From Paraspadella gotoi (Eukaryota > Animalia > Chaetognatha): DNA of 30,638 bases. The notes below the pieces were generated by a model, which saw only the letters and a program-made list of their open reading frames with translations, had not been told where the DNA came from and ran no database searches. Every line of letters starts with the position of its first letter. Position 1 is the first letter of the stretch. The translations under genes and the position numbers were made by a program. Positions 9,757 through 22,050 of the stretch are shown here, piece by piece. Location: contig JBJCIZ010000321.1 of the NCBI GenBank assembly GCA_051294375.1, positions 1 through 30,638 on the forward strand. Direction: 5' to 3'.

Positions 9757-11003
9757 TTACTGAAAGAAGCAGAAGATGTTCAACGTTTTCACGTTAAATG
9801 TCAGTTTTTAATAATAAAATAGCAATTTTTTATGTCCATAGCTTTCACAGCTCACAAGACATTACCTTTAACAATATTTCAATGTTAATGTAATGTATTG
9901 TATATTTTACTAGAAATTATTAAGATTAGAAGTTGTAGATTTCCTTTCGCTCTTAAGGAAAAAAATAACCTAGCGGAATTAAGGAAGAGGAAGTCAGAAT
10001 CGCTTTGATTAATCTTAAATATTGTAGATGATGTTGAAAAAGGAGGAGAATTTGGTAGTCAGATTTAGGACTAAGCTTGACGACAAGCAGAGGTTTTTTA
10101 ATATATCTTATACCGGCCAATATAGAATGATGTGCAATATTGTTTAATTATTTAATTTCAAAAAAATCCTACCCATACCCAATCATAGAAAATATCAACT
10201 AAAGTCTTCGGAAAAATCACCCCTTCTGTTGCGAAGCTTTTGCGAGAAGATTTATCTGGAATCTGACTCGGTTGAAAAATCTTAGATTCCGATCGTTACT
10301 CCTCTTTTACTTCTTTAAATTAAAAATTTCACAAAATGGCACCAATTCACTTTCCCATGATCCGCTACATATTAAATACCCAATAACCAATCGTAAAGCA
10401 AATTTGCAGCAGCCCTTCAACATATGGCTATCGGATTCCTGAATTTGAAGTTTATTGTAAAATCGACAACATATGTTAAACTGCGTTGACATTTGTATTA
10501 TACGTTGAGAAATCCTTTATTTGTATATAAAATTGGCATCAAATATTTTCCGCGCGGCCCACCCAGTCTCATGGAATCTAGATGGTTTAATGTCAAAATG
10601 ATGGTGTATTTGTCTAGAGGAAAACAATGCGAGCCCTTCAGATTGCAACAGGATCACTCGAGGTTTCTACATTACTCTATTTACCTGAATTTTTCCAGGA
10701 GTGTGACATTTTGGTAGTCAATTTAATGAAAATCTCATTGAAAAAAGTCTTCCTCGACTTTCTCTAAACGACGTAATCTCCTATGTCAATTCTTCTAAAC
10801 CATTGCCATTTAGACGTACTAAGATTTACTCTATCGCAGTCATTCTCTATCCAAAATATAAAAATATGAAAAGGTTTTGGATCGACTTTGGATTTGGTTC
10901 TAGACTATAAGTTTTTGATTACCCTAGGGCTAACGCTAGGATGAACCCTGCAGGGGAAAGGCTTTATCCTGATGGATTAAATTAGATTAGTTATTTATTT
11001 AAC

Positions 11004-13240
11004 CTATCTTTCCATTTGCTGTCCACATTGGGCAAGGATTACTCTGTGTTGTCTCTTTTTTTTTTCAAACGGTAAGACGCCAGCTTCAGCAGCTAAGCAG
11101 CTTTCCTGTTTTTTCTACGAGGTTGAAAATAACGCTAAAGAGCAATTGTGACTCAAGAAGCTCCAGCACCTTTTTGATAGTGCCTGGTTTGCATGGAAGG
11201 CATATTCTAGTGTATTATGGACTATAGGTTCCGGCAAACAATTACTACTACAAGAGACACGCACCTTCATTTCGAGATTTTGATGTTACAGGGCTTTATT
11301 TGCATTTTGTTTGCCAGAAAGTTTTTGATATGTGCCTTTGGACACTTTTTGGCAAACTTCGGGTACCCATGGGACTCTGAAAAATGTCCCTGGATCACAT
11401 TTTTAACACTTTGCTACCAATTTCAGCTGTTCATAGCAAGTGGACAACTTTTGCAATTTCTGGAACTGTTTTTCTGGTTATAGTACCAGAAATGGGCCAT
11501 TTTATACAATTTCTAGATCCAACTTTGCTAGAATAATTCTTCCAGAACGACCAGGTTTGCAATGGTGGTGAACTTCAATCAGAATACAATTCCCAAGTTG
11601 GGCAGAAATTACAATGTCTAGCACTTTCATAGATGAAAATTGAACCTTTTTGACATGAGCTGCATTTTTTTCCACCAAGCACGTTAGAATAAAGTTCCTT
11701 TTTGACATGGTCTGCATTCCTTTGTCCCTTTTCTGAACTTAATTGCACCATAAGGACAGAATTACCAAATTTAATGCCAGGCACAATCTTGTACACTTCA
11801 GCAGAGCAAGCGAATACATGGTTTTTATATCATAAGATGCAATTCGTTACAATCCAGAAGCCGACAACGTGATAGCCACGTATTTATCAGTTCCATTTAT
11901 GATCCTATCACCATTTTCTACTCTCATCAACAGGCTCGACAGCGATCTGCAACGTTTTTACATTTCCTCCATATACTTACTCTCTTGTGGCAGTTAAATA
12001 ACATATGCCCTCCTATAGAAGGACCTCACAATGCACTCAATTCGTAATTTAACTTTATCATGGCTAACACGGGATGAAAAGAAAATTAACTGCTTTTCTC
12101 CTGTCCAAATGAGTTTAAAACCTTAGCTTTTGTTCTTACGGCCTCTGTATTAAGCCGCTTTTGAAAGCAAAAACAGTTCGTATTTCCAGATTCAGGGGGA
12201 TGATTTTCCCGTATTCGGACGCAACCTCATCCTCATTAATCATGTAAATGATATAGGCAAAAAAAATAGTTTTCAAACAACTTTGCATCACCAGTGTTCC
12301 AATACAGAGCAATCCTTGCATATTTTTGTTTCAACCCCCTGTAAAACAACACCTTCTTTGTTTAATTTGAACATAATACCATGTTGCATGTTGTCTTGGA
12401 ATAACTGCAAAAATGATAAATATATCTCCATCTGTTGCAGCAATGAAATCAATGCAGATATGGTTTTTGTGTTATGTCCAATGTAAGTGCATTACCCCAT
12501 TTAATATTACATGGTAAAGCACCAGGCCTTTCAACCTTGTTACTTAATGTTAGATTAAAAAAAGAAATTTCCAAAACCTTTGCAACAGGATAGTTTAAAA
12601 ACATATCCTCTAAATTTTTAAAACTTTTTTATTGAACTAAAACTTTTTTTATCCATTATAAGCATTCCAGCTCGATCATAGCTTAGCAACCACTCCTGAA
12701 TGCAATAGGGTTTTTAAGGAAACCCGTTTTCTGGAATATAACATCCATTTTCGGGAGGAAATCGTCTGAATCACACTCGAGAATACCATTTATTTGCCTT
12801 ATATACGACAAAGAATGTCTGCTCTTTACAATCAAATTCGGAATGTCAAATGGCATTTCAAATTGAACTTTAAACTTTTGTGACTTCAATTTCACAAATG
12901 ATGGAAATTGGTATCATTTTTTCATTTAACTGGAGTACTGAATGGTATCAGTTTTCACATCCAGGTTTACCAGCATTTAAAAGAAAGGAAGTTACTGGAG
13001 TGGCTCCTTCAGTCATATAGACAGCTATAGCTCGTTTTAAACTTTCAAGTCTGGCTGAATATCTTTTTTTTAAAATCTTCTAAATCTTTGTACTTACAAA
13101 ACATTTGTTGAGAAGAAAAAGTTTTATTTTGAGCAGGCAAAATGTAGCTTTGAATGCTTTTTTTTTTTGTTGTGCGCATTTTCCAACAGAGCCAAGAGGA
13201 AATAAAGTATCCATTTTGATGTCCAATAACTCGTCAATGG
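11004..13240 (-). pseudogene. Frameshifted mirror copy of the Cys-rich exon (pseudogene, or more likely an uncorrected read copy)
   Basis: ORF fragments match the 731-aa ORF (KLKSQKFKVQFEMPFDIPNLI, YSNVLGGKKCSSCQKG, EIRTVFA). Indel density rises toward the gap at 9756. Confidence 0.85.
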
Positions 13241-13371
13241 CTGAAAAAATATAAAGACAATATTATTGCACGATTTGTCAGAGAGGATGAGAAAGAAAAA
13301 AAAAGTACCATCTCTGAAACCTATAAATTTATAGTATACCTCGGAATAACTCTGACAAAAAAATCCATAGG

Positions 13372-13462
13372 TTTATAGTCGGATCTGCTTATCAGCAGAT
13401 CCCAACTCTATAATTCACTTTGTCGGTCCGTCGGTCCGCCCCAATATTGTCGGGCATTCACT
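13372..13462 (+). mobile_element. Helentron-like terminus (mirror of 23096-23189)
   Basis: tttatagtc, hairpin ggatctgct/agcagatcc, caactctataa, tttgtcggtccgtcggtcc. Confidence 0.5.
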
Positions 13463-16203
13463 TATACACGGTTCCCTAGACACCCCGAAAAAGAAAAATA
13501 GAAATAACCCATTTCTGAAACACAAAAAATGAAAAATATAATGTTTTTACTACATCGTAGTGAGTCGAAAAATTCTGATCCAAGCAAGTTTTTTTTATTG
13601 AATTTAAAGTTTGTTATAAATTTTTCATACCAAAATAATGAGAAACTAATCAACAACTTTGTCATTCTTTGTCAAATTTTACTTTCTTTATATCAATCAT
13701 TATCTACTGAAAGAGACTTTAATTTGAACTCACTCTCTAAGCCTACGATATTCGTTCTCAAGTTATTATTAAAAATAACTCAATTTATTACAAAAATAGT
13801 AACCATTTTGTAATTACTACATGAAGACTTAATCAATCTTATTTAATAAAAAACTATGAAATGTAACATACAATTGCTTAGCTTCAAAATTAACCTAATT
13901 TTAAATTTTCTTCAACCAATAATTACTATGAAATGCTATGTATAAAATTGTTAAATTTTATATATATTTTTAAATAATTTAACATCAAGCAAGAACATAA
14001 TTAGTAATATTATACATCCAAAAGAATCCTCATTTTATGATCTTTCTTTTGAGTCTAATCTCGGTTCTCTGTGATAATTCGTTTTGAGATATTGACAAAA
14101 ACAATTCCAAAAATGCTTAAAAAATAAAAAAATATTCAAAAAATATTAATATTTGAGTCAATTTTTGATATATTTTATCATAAAAGTTTTAATTGATAGG
14201 AAAATATACCAATAATAAATTAAATTTCATATTTAAATATTTTTTAATCAAACATGACTTGTGATCGCCTTTTTTCCTCCAAAAATTACAAATAAAATTA
14301 TGATTTGTCTATTTTTTGCTAATATTTTAAGCTTTTATATTAAAATTCTACTGAAAAATGATATAATAAAAAAATATGGCCATTTGTGATTCTAACGAGC
14401 TATCATACTTTTAAAATCATAAAAAATAAGTATTATGAAGTCAAAATGAAAAAAATGTCAGTACCGAAATCGATTTTTAGTAATTTCTTAGAGAGAGAGA
14501 GAGAGGAGAGAGAGAGAAAGAGAGAGAGAAAGGGAGAGAGAGAGAAGGGGGAGGGAGATAAGATAGAAAGCCTTATTATTATAAATTATATTATATTACT
14601 ATTATATATTATTATATTATATTACTAAATTATATATACTATATTATATTATTACTGTGGATAGGCGCTAAGTGGGCTGAGATGACTATCCGTAACTTCT
14701 ATAACCCCTTTAGTAGCCATGGAACGGTCCTGGGCTTGGGAACCAGGCTTGAGGGGTTGCCACGCCCCAAGGCGGCTTACGGCCATCCTCACGCTCCCAC
14801 AGGGTAGGTACCGGGTTGGGATTGAACCCGGTACCTAGTGGTCATGAGATGATGGCTTTACTCCATAGACCACCGGGTCAGGACTGAAGGTGTCATGATT
14901 ATAGGGGGGTGAACCTAGGCAATGCCCGACTACATTACTATATTATATTATTACTATATTATTCACAAGTAGGAGAGTAAAAAACGGTTAATATTAAAAT
15001 TTTGTCTTTTATATTATATAGTATAATATAAATAGTAATATAATAATATAGTACAATATAATATAATATAGTAATATAATATAATAATATAATAATAAGG
15101 CTTTCTATCTTTATCTCCCTCCCCTCCTCTCTCTCTCCCTTTCTTCTCTCTCTTTCTCTCTCTCTCTAAGAAATTACTAAAATCGATTTCGGTACTGACA
15201 TTTTTTTTCATTTGACTTCATAATACTTATTTTTTATGATATTTTAAAGTATGATAGCTCGTTAGAATCAAAAATAGCCATATTTTTTTATTATATCATT
15301 TTTTCAGTAAGAATTCTAATATTAAAAGCTTAAAATATTAGCAAAAAATAGACAAATCACAATTTTATTTGTATATATTTGGAGAAAAAAGGCGATCACA
15401 AGTCATGTTTGATTAAAAAATCTTTAAATATGAAATTAATTTATATTGGCATATTTTCCTATCAATTAAAAACCTTTATGATAAAATCTATCGAAAATTG
15501 ACTCAAATATTAATATTTTTGAATATTTTTTTTACTTTTTAAGCATTTTGTGGAATTGTTTTTGTCAATATCTTAAAAACGAATTATCACAGAGAACTGA
15601 GATTAGACTCAAAAGAAAGATCTAAAATAGGGATTCTTTTGGATGTATAATATTACTAATTATGCTCTTGCTTGATGTTAAATTATTTTAAATATATATA
15701 TATAAATTTAACATTTTATACATAGCATTTCATAGTAGTTATTGGTTGAGAAAAATTTAAAATTAGGTTAATTTTGAAGCTAAGCAATTGTATGTTACAT
15801 TTCTAATAGTTTTTATTAATAAGAATTGATTAAGTCTTTCATGTAGTAATTACAAAATGGTTACTATTTTTGTAATAAATTGAGTTATTTTCAAAATAAC
15901 TTGAGAACGAATAATCATAGGCTTATGAGAGTGAGTTCAAATTAAAGCTCTCTTTCAGTAGATAATGATTGATATAAAGAAAGTAAAATTTGACAAAGAA
16001 TGACAAAGTTGTTGATTAGTTTCTTTCATATTTGTATGAAAAATTATAACAAAACTTTAAAATCAATTAAAAAAAAACTTGCTTGGATCAGAATTTTTTC
16101 GACTTCACTACGATGTAGTAAGACATTATATTTTTCATTTTTTTGTGTTTCAAAATGGGTTATTTCTATTTTCTTTTTCGGGGTGTCTAGGGAACCGTGT
16201 ATA
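13463..16203. mobile_element. Foldback non-autonomous DNA transposon, ~1.2-kb TIRs (mirror copy)
   Basis: Termini TAtacacggttccctagacaccccgaaaa / ttttcggggtgtctagggaaccgtgtaTA. Arms ~13463-14640 and ~15010-16203. TA flanks suggest Tc1/mariner. Confidence 0.8.
14655..14934 (-). mobile_element. tRNA-derived SINE-like element 2 with twister-like motif at 14717-14802 (mirror copy)
   Basis: Reverse complement of 21576-21855. Confidence 0.6.
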
Positions 16204-16291
16204 TCATGTCAGAACACGAATTATGATTAATTATGCAAAAAAAAGATGTCCGTCCATCCATCTGTCCGTCCGTCCATCCGTCCATCCGTCC

Positions 16292-16580
16292 GCACTATAA
16301 GACTTAGTAGGGTGGATGACGGAAAATATCACAGCCTCGCTATCGAGCCAGAACGACTACACTATAAGAGCTTAGAGGGTGGATGACGGAAAATATCACA
16401 GGGCCTCGCTATCGAGCCAGAACGCTACAACTATAAGAGCTAGTAGGGTGGATGACGGAAAATATCACAGGGCCTCGCTATCGAGCCAGAACGACTACAC
16501 TATAAGAGCTTAGTAGGGTGGATGACGGAAAATATCACAGGGCCTTGCTATCGAGCCAGAAGACTACACTATAAGAGCTT
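16292..16580. repeat. 70-bp tandem repeat, ~4 units (mirror copy)
   Basis: Unit ctataagagcttagtagggtggatgacggaaaatatcacagggcctcgctatcgagccagaacgactaca, following a (GTCC)n head. Confidence 0.9.
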
Positions 16581-16690
16581 TATTTTCCGTCATCCACCCT
16601 ACTAAGCTCTTATAGTGCGGACGGATGGACGGATGGACGGACGGACAGATGGATGGACGGACATCTTTTTTTTGCATAATTAATCATAAT

Positions 16691-18455
16691 TCGTACTCAC
16701 ATGTTATGTTTGAAAAAGGGACTCCAGGTTAACGCCCTGCTCCTTCCTCGGTCCCCTATCTCGTACACAATGTCATATTTGAAAAAGGGCGCCTCCAGGT
16801 TAACGCCTGCTCCGTTCCTCGGTCGCACCTATCTCGTACACAATGTCATATTTTGAAAAAGGGCCTCCAGTTAACGCCCTGCTCCTTCCTCGTCCAGCCT
16901 ATCTCGTACAAACAATGTCAATATTTTGAAAAAAGGGCCTCCAGGTTAAGCCTGCCCTTCCTCGGTCCGCCTATCTCGTACACAATGTCATATTTGAAAA
17001 GGGCCATCCAGGTTAATCGCCCTGCTCCTTGCCTCGGTCCGCCTATCTCGTACAGATCAATGTCATATTTTTGAAAAAGAGGCCTCCAAGGTTAACGCCC
17101 TGCTTCCTTCTCGGTCCGCCTATCGTACACAATGTCATATTTTGAAAAGGCCTCCAGGTTAACGCCCTGCTCGCTTCCTCGGTCCGCCTATCTCGTAGCA
17201 CAATGTCATATTTTTGAAAAGGGCTCCAGGTTAACGCCCTGCTCCTTCCTCAGGTTCGCCTATTCGTACACAATGTTATAATTTTGAAAAGGGACTCCAG
17301 GTGTAACGCCCTGCTCTTCCTCGGTCCGCCTATCTCGGTACAAATGTTATATTTTGAAAAAAGGGACTCCAGTTAAGCCCTGCTCCTTCCCGGTCCGCCC
17401 ATCTCGTACAACAATGTTATATTTTGGAAAAAAAGGCCTCCAGGGTTAACGCCCTGCTCCTTCCTCGGTCCGCGCCATCTCGTACACAATGTTAATATTT
17501 TGAAAAAGCGGCTCCAGGTTAACGCCCTGCTCCGTCCTCGGTCCGCCATCACGTAACACAAATGTCATATTTTGAAAAGGGCCTCCAGGTTAACGCCCTC
17601 TACCTTCCTCGGTCCGCCCATCTCGTACACAATGTCATATTTGAAAAAAGGGCCTCCAGGTTAACGCCCTGCTCCTTCCTCGGTCCGCCCATCTCGTACA
17701 CATGTCATATTTTGAAAAAGGCCTCAGGTTAACGCCCTGCTCCTTCCTCGGTCCGCCCATCTCGTACACAAGTCATATTTTGAAAAAGGGCCTCCAGGTT
17801 AACGCCCTGCTCCTTCCTCGGCCGCCCATCTCGTACACAATGTCATATTTTGAAAAAGGCCTCCAGGTTAACGCCCTGCTCCTTCCTCGGTCCGCCCATC
17901 TCGTACACAATGTCATATTTTGAAAAAGGCCTCCAGGTTAACGCCCTGCTCCTTCCTCGGTCCGCCTATCTCGTACACAATGTTATATTTTGAAAAAGGG
18001 CCTCAGGTTAACGCCCTGCTCCTTCCTCGGTCCGCCTATCTCGTACACAATGTCATATATTTGAAAAAAGGGCCTCCAGGTTAACGCCCTGCTCCTTCCT
18101 CGTCCGCCTATCTCGTACACAATGATATATTTTGAAAAAGGGCCTCCAGGTTAACGCCCTGCTCCTTCTCGATCCGCCTATCTCGTCACACAATGATATA
18201 TTTTGAAAAAGGGCCTCCAGGTTAACGCCCTGCTCCTTCTCGGTCCGCCTATCTCGTACAAATGATATATTTGAAAAAAGGGCCTCCAGGTTAACGCCCT
18301 GCTCTCTCTCGGTCGCCTATCTCGTACACAATGATATATTTTGAAAAAGGGCCTCCAGGTTAACGCCTGCTCCTTCCCGGCCGCCTATCTCGTACACAAT
18401 GATATATTTGAAAAGGCTCCAGGTTAAGCCCTGCTCTTCCTCGTCCGCCTATCTC
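16691..18455. repeat. 71-bp tandem minisatellite, second array (~25 units)
   Basis: Same unit, orientation and variant order as 6290-8246. Confidence 0.95.
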
Positions 18456-19277
18456 TCTCGTCTTTTCTGTTTTTCTCTGCACTGGCTATGGATCGTGCCC
18501 ACATCCCACCCACCACCGATTTGGTATCACCAATTTACTAATTATACTAAACTCGGCAAATATTCTAAATCTTCTACTTTTTAGTTTGAATTAATAATGA
18601 CATCAATCGTTATTAAAATTATTAAAATTTACATCATTCAGACATAACTTTTGTATTTTATTTTAAGGCATAATTCTTGTTTTGCTATAAATCTTTTATA
18701 CGAATATATTTTTAAGAAATAGGTTATTAAACCTACAATATGCAAATAAAGTAGGTCACTTTTTTGTTGGTTACTAGATGGATCTCTGATTGTCGTTTCT
18801 CAGGTTCTCAAGCGTCTCCCGTCCCGTGTAAGTTGACGAGGGTAAATAAGGAATGTAACGTGAATTAAGAAATAGTATTAATGTTTATAATGCCTATATA
18901 AAACCCGTAAAACTCTAGTTGAGGACGAGGTGAAACCATTCCAAAAAAGTCAAGAAACGAAACTAAATCAGTGATCACAACAAAAGCAACGATGACGATG
19001 ATGACAATAATGCCTCCTGTTCAATCACACACTTTTTACTCACATACATAATGTGGTATTCCTTTCGTTTCGTTGTGTTTTGGTGTTTTAGCGAAAACAA
19101 AGTTTAGAGTTTGTACTACAACATTTTTTATTTAACATAAACATACATGTTTTGGCTCTTGTTCAGCCTTCATCACTTGAAGGCTTGAACAACTTGCAGA
19201 ATTTGGTCAACTGGCATAATTGGTCAACTTTAAGAAATTGGTCAACTGGCATATTTTTTTCAATTGGCATAATTTGG

Positions 19278-19321
<44 letters not shown>

Positions 19322-19936
19322 CAATCAATAGAGAGAGATGGAGAGAGAGAAACTTTAAAAATTCAAATAAATGTGTCTTTTGGTTTTCTAATTTGAACTC
19401 TTTTCCACTCATATGATCCATCAAAAAATTTATATCCAGCTTTATCACATACTTTCGTACCCATCACAAAATTCAATTTCGATTTATCTATCCAATTTTT
19501 AATAAACATAATAATATGAGTAAATTTAAGTTAAAATACTTCAAGTAAATATGACTTTTTGTGTTTTTCCATTTTAACTCATTTCCACTCGCACGATTCC
19601 ATCGAAACATTATAATCCAGCTCAATCACACACTTTCCTACCATCATACAAAATCAAGTCAATTGTTTATCCACTCATGAGCAATTTGCGTTCAAATAGT
19701 GAAATATATTTTTTTGATTTTTCCATTTTAACCAATTTCCACTCGCACGATTCCCTCGAAACTTCATATCCACCTCAATCACAGAGTTTTCTACCCACAC
19801 ACAAAAATCATACCAATCCATCCATCCAATCACGAGTAATTGGAGTTCTTTGCTAAGGTGGGATGGACGGACGGACGGACATCGTTTTTTTGCATAATAG
19901 CGAGGCCTTGTGATATTTTCCGTCATCCACCCTACT
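16691..19936 (+). repeat. ~3.2-kb direct repeat of ~6480-9731
   Basis: Satellite plus downstream sequence 18456-19936 is near-identical to 8247-9731; differences are mostly 1-bp indels. Confidence 0.95.
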
Positions 19937-20217
19937 AAGCTCTTATAGTGTAGTCGTTCTGGCTCGATAGCAAGGCCCTGTGATATTTTCCGTCATCCAC
20001 CCTACTAAGCTCTTATAGTGTAGTCGTTCTGGCTCGATAGCGAGGCCCTGTGATATTTTCCGTCATCCACCCTACTAGCTCTTATAGATGTAGCGTTCTG
20101 GCTCGATAGCGAGGCCCTGTGATATTTTCCGTCATCCACCCTCTAAGCTCTTATAGTGTAGTCGTTCTGGCTCGATAGCGAGGCTGTGATATTTTCCGTC
20201 ATCCACCCTACTAAGTC
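19898..20217. repeat. 70-bp tandem repeat, ~4.5 units, between two (GGAC)n-ttttgcataat element heads
   Basis: tgatattttccgtcatccac recurs at 19911, 19981, 20051, ~20120 and ~20187. Confidence 0.9.
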
Positions 20218-21341
20218 TAAGTGCGGACGGATGGACGGATGGCGGACGGACAGATGGATGGACGGACATCTTTTTTTTGCATAATTAATCATAAATTCTG
20301 TTCTGACATGATATACACGGTTCCCTAGACACCCCGAAAAAGAAAATAGAAATAACCCATTTCTGAAACACAAAAAAATGAAAAATATAATGTTTACTAC
20401 ATCGTAGTGAAGTCGAAAAATTCTGATCCAAGCAAGTTTTTTTTTAATTGAATTTTAAAGTTTTGTTATAATTTTTCATACAAATATGAGAAACTAATCA
20501 ACACTTTGTCATTCTTTGTCAAATTTTACTTTCTTTATATCAATCATTATCTACTGAAAGAGAGCTTTAATTTGAACTCACTCTCATAAGCCTAGATTAT
20601 TCGTTCTCAAGTTATTATTAAAATAACTCAATTTATTACAAAAATAGTAACCATTTTGTAATTACTACATGAAAGACTTAATCAATTCTTATTAATAAAA
20701 ACTATAGAAATGTAACATACAATTGCTTAGCTTCAAAATTAACCTAATTTTAAATTTTTCTTCAACCAATAACTACTATGAAATGCTATGTATAAAATTG
20801 TTAAATTTATATATATATTTTAAATAATTTAACATCAAGCAAGAGCATAATTAGTAATATTATACATCCAAAAGAATCCTCATTTTATGATCTTTCTTTT
20901 GAGTCTAATCTCAGTTCTCTGTGATAATTCGTTTTTAGATATTGACAAAAACAATTCCACAAAATGCTTAAAAAGTAAAAAAAATATTCAAAAATATTAA
21001 TATTTGAGTCAATTTTCGATAATTTTATCATAAAAGGTTTTAATTGATAGGAAAATATGCCAATAATAAATTAAATTTCATATTTAAAGATTTTTTAATC
21101 AAACATGACTTGTGATCGCCTTTTTTCTCCAAAATATACAAATAAAATTGTGATTTGTCTATTTTTTGCTAATATTTTAAGCTTTTAATATTAGAATTCT
21201 TACTGAAAAATGATATAATAAAAAAATATGGCTATTTTTGATTCTAACGAGCTATCATACTTTAAAATATCATAAAAAATAAGTATTATGAAGTCAAAAT
21301 GAAAAAAAATGTCAGTACCGAAATCGATTTTAGTAATTTCT

Positions 21342-21375
<34 letters not shown>

Positions 21376-21575
21376 GAGAGAGAGAGGAGGGGAGGGAGAT
21401 AAAGATAGAAAGCCTTATTATTTATATTATATTATATTACTATATTATATTATATTTACTATATTATTATATTACTATTTATATTATACTATATAATATA
21501 AAAGACAAAATTTTTAATATTAACCGTTTTTTACTCTCCTACTTGTGAATAATATAGTAATAATATAATATAGTA

Positions 21576-21855
21576 TGTAGTCGGGCATTGCCTAGGTTCA
21601 CCCCCCTATAATCATGACACCTTCAGTCCTGACCCGGTGGTCTATGGAGTAAAGCCATCATCTCATGACCACTAGGTACCGGGTTCAATCCCAACCCGGT
21701 ACCTACCCTGTGGGAGCGTGAGGATGGCCGTAAGCCGCCTTGGGGCGTGGCAACCCCTCAAGCCTGGTTCCCAAGCCCAGGACCGTTCCATGGCTACTAA
21801 AGGGGTTATAGAAGTTACGGATAGTCATCTCAGCCCACTTAGCGCCTATCCACAG
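21576..21855 (+). mobile_element. tRNA-derived SINE-like element 2
   Basis: A-box-like TGGTCTATGG (21638-21647), CTCATGA anticodon-like loop (Met-like), B box GGTTCAATCCC (21682-21692). GC-rich island in (TAA)-like low-complexity flanks. Confidence 0.65.
21708..21793 (+). ncRNA. Twister-like ribozyme, circularly permuted (P5 type)
   Basis: P5 CTGTGGGA/TTCCATGG; GT-GAGGA; TGGCCG; TAA-GC-C-GC; P3 CTTGGGG..CCCCTCAAG; P4 CCTGG/CCAGG; L4 TTCCCAAGC (one nt longer than canonical). Predicted cut between 21731 and 21732. Confidence 0.55.
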
Positions 21856-21874
21856 TAATAATATAATATAGTAT

Positions 21875-21899
21875 NNNNNNNNNNNNNNNNNNNNNNNNN
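21875..21899. other. 25-N assembly gap
   Basis: Exactly 25 Ns; the mirror copy is essentially contiguous across this point. Confidence 1.
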
Positions 21900-22005
21900 A
21901 ATATAATTTAGTAATATAATATAATAATATAATATAGTAATATAATATAATTATATAATAATAAGGCTTTCTATCTTTATCTCCCTCCCCCTTCTCTCTC
22001 TCTCC

Positions 22006-22050
<45 letters not shown>

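Larger units (their letters stand above)
9757..16580 (-). repeat. Left arm of ~6.8-kb inverted duplication (mirror of ~19935-26808)
   Basis: Colinear reverse-complement matches: 9757 vs 26808, exon 11004-13240 vs 23324-25525, 13463 vs 23095, 14655 vs 21855, 16203 vs 20312. Confidence 0.95.
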
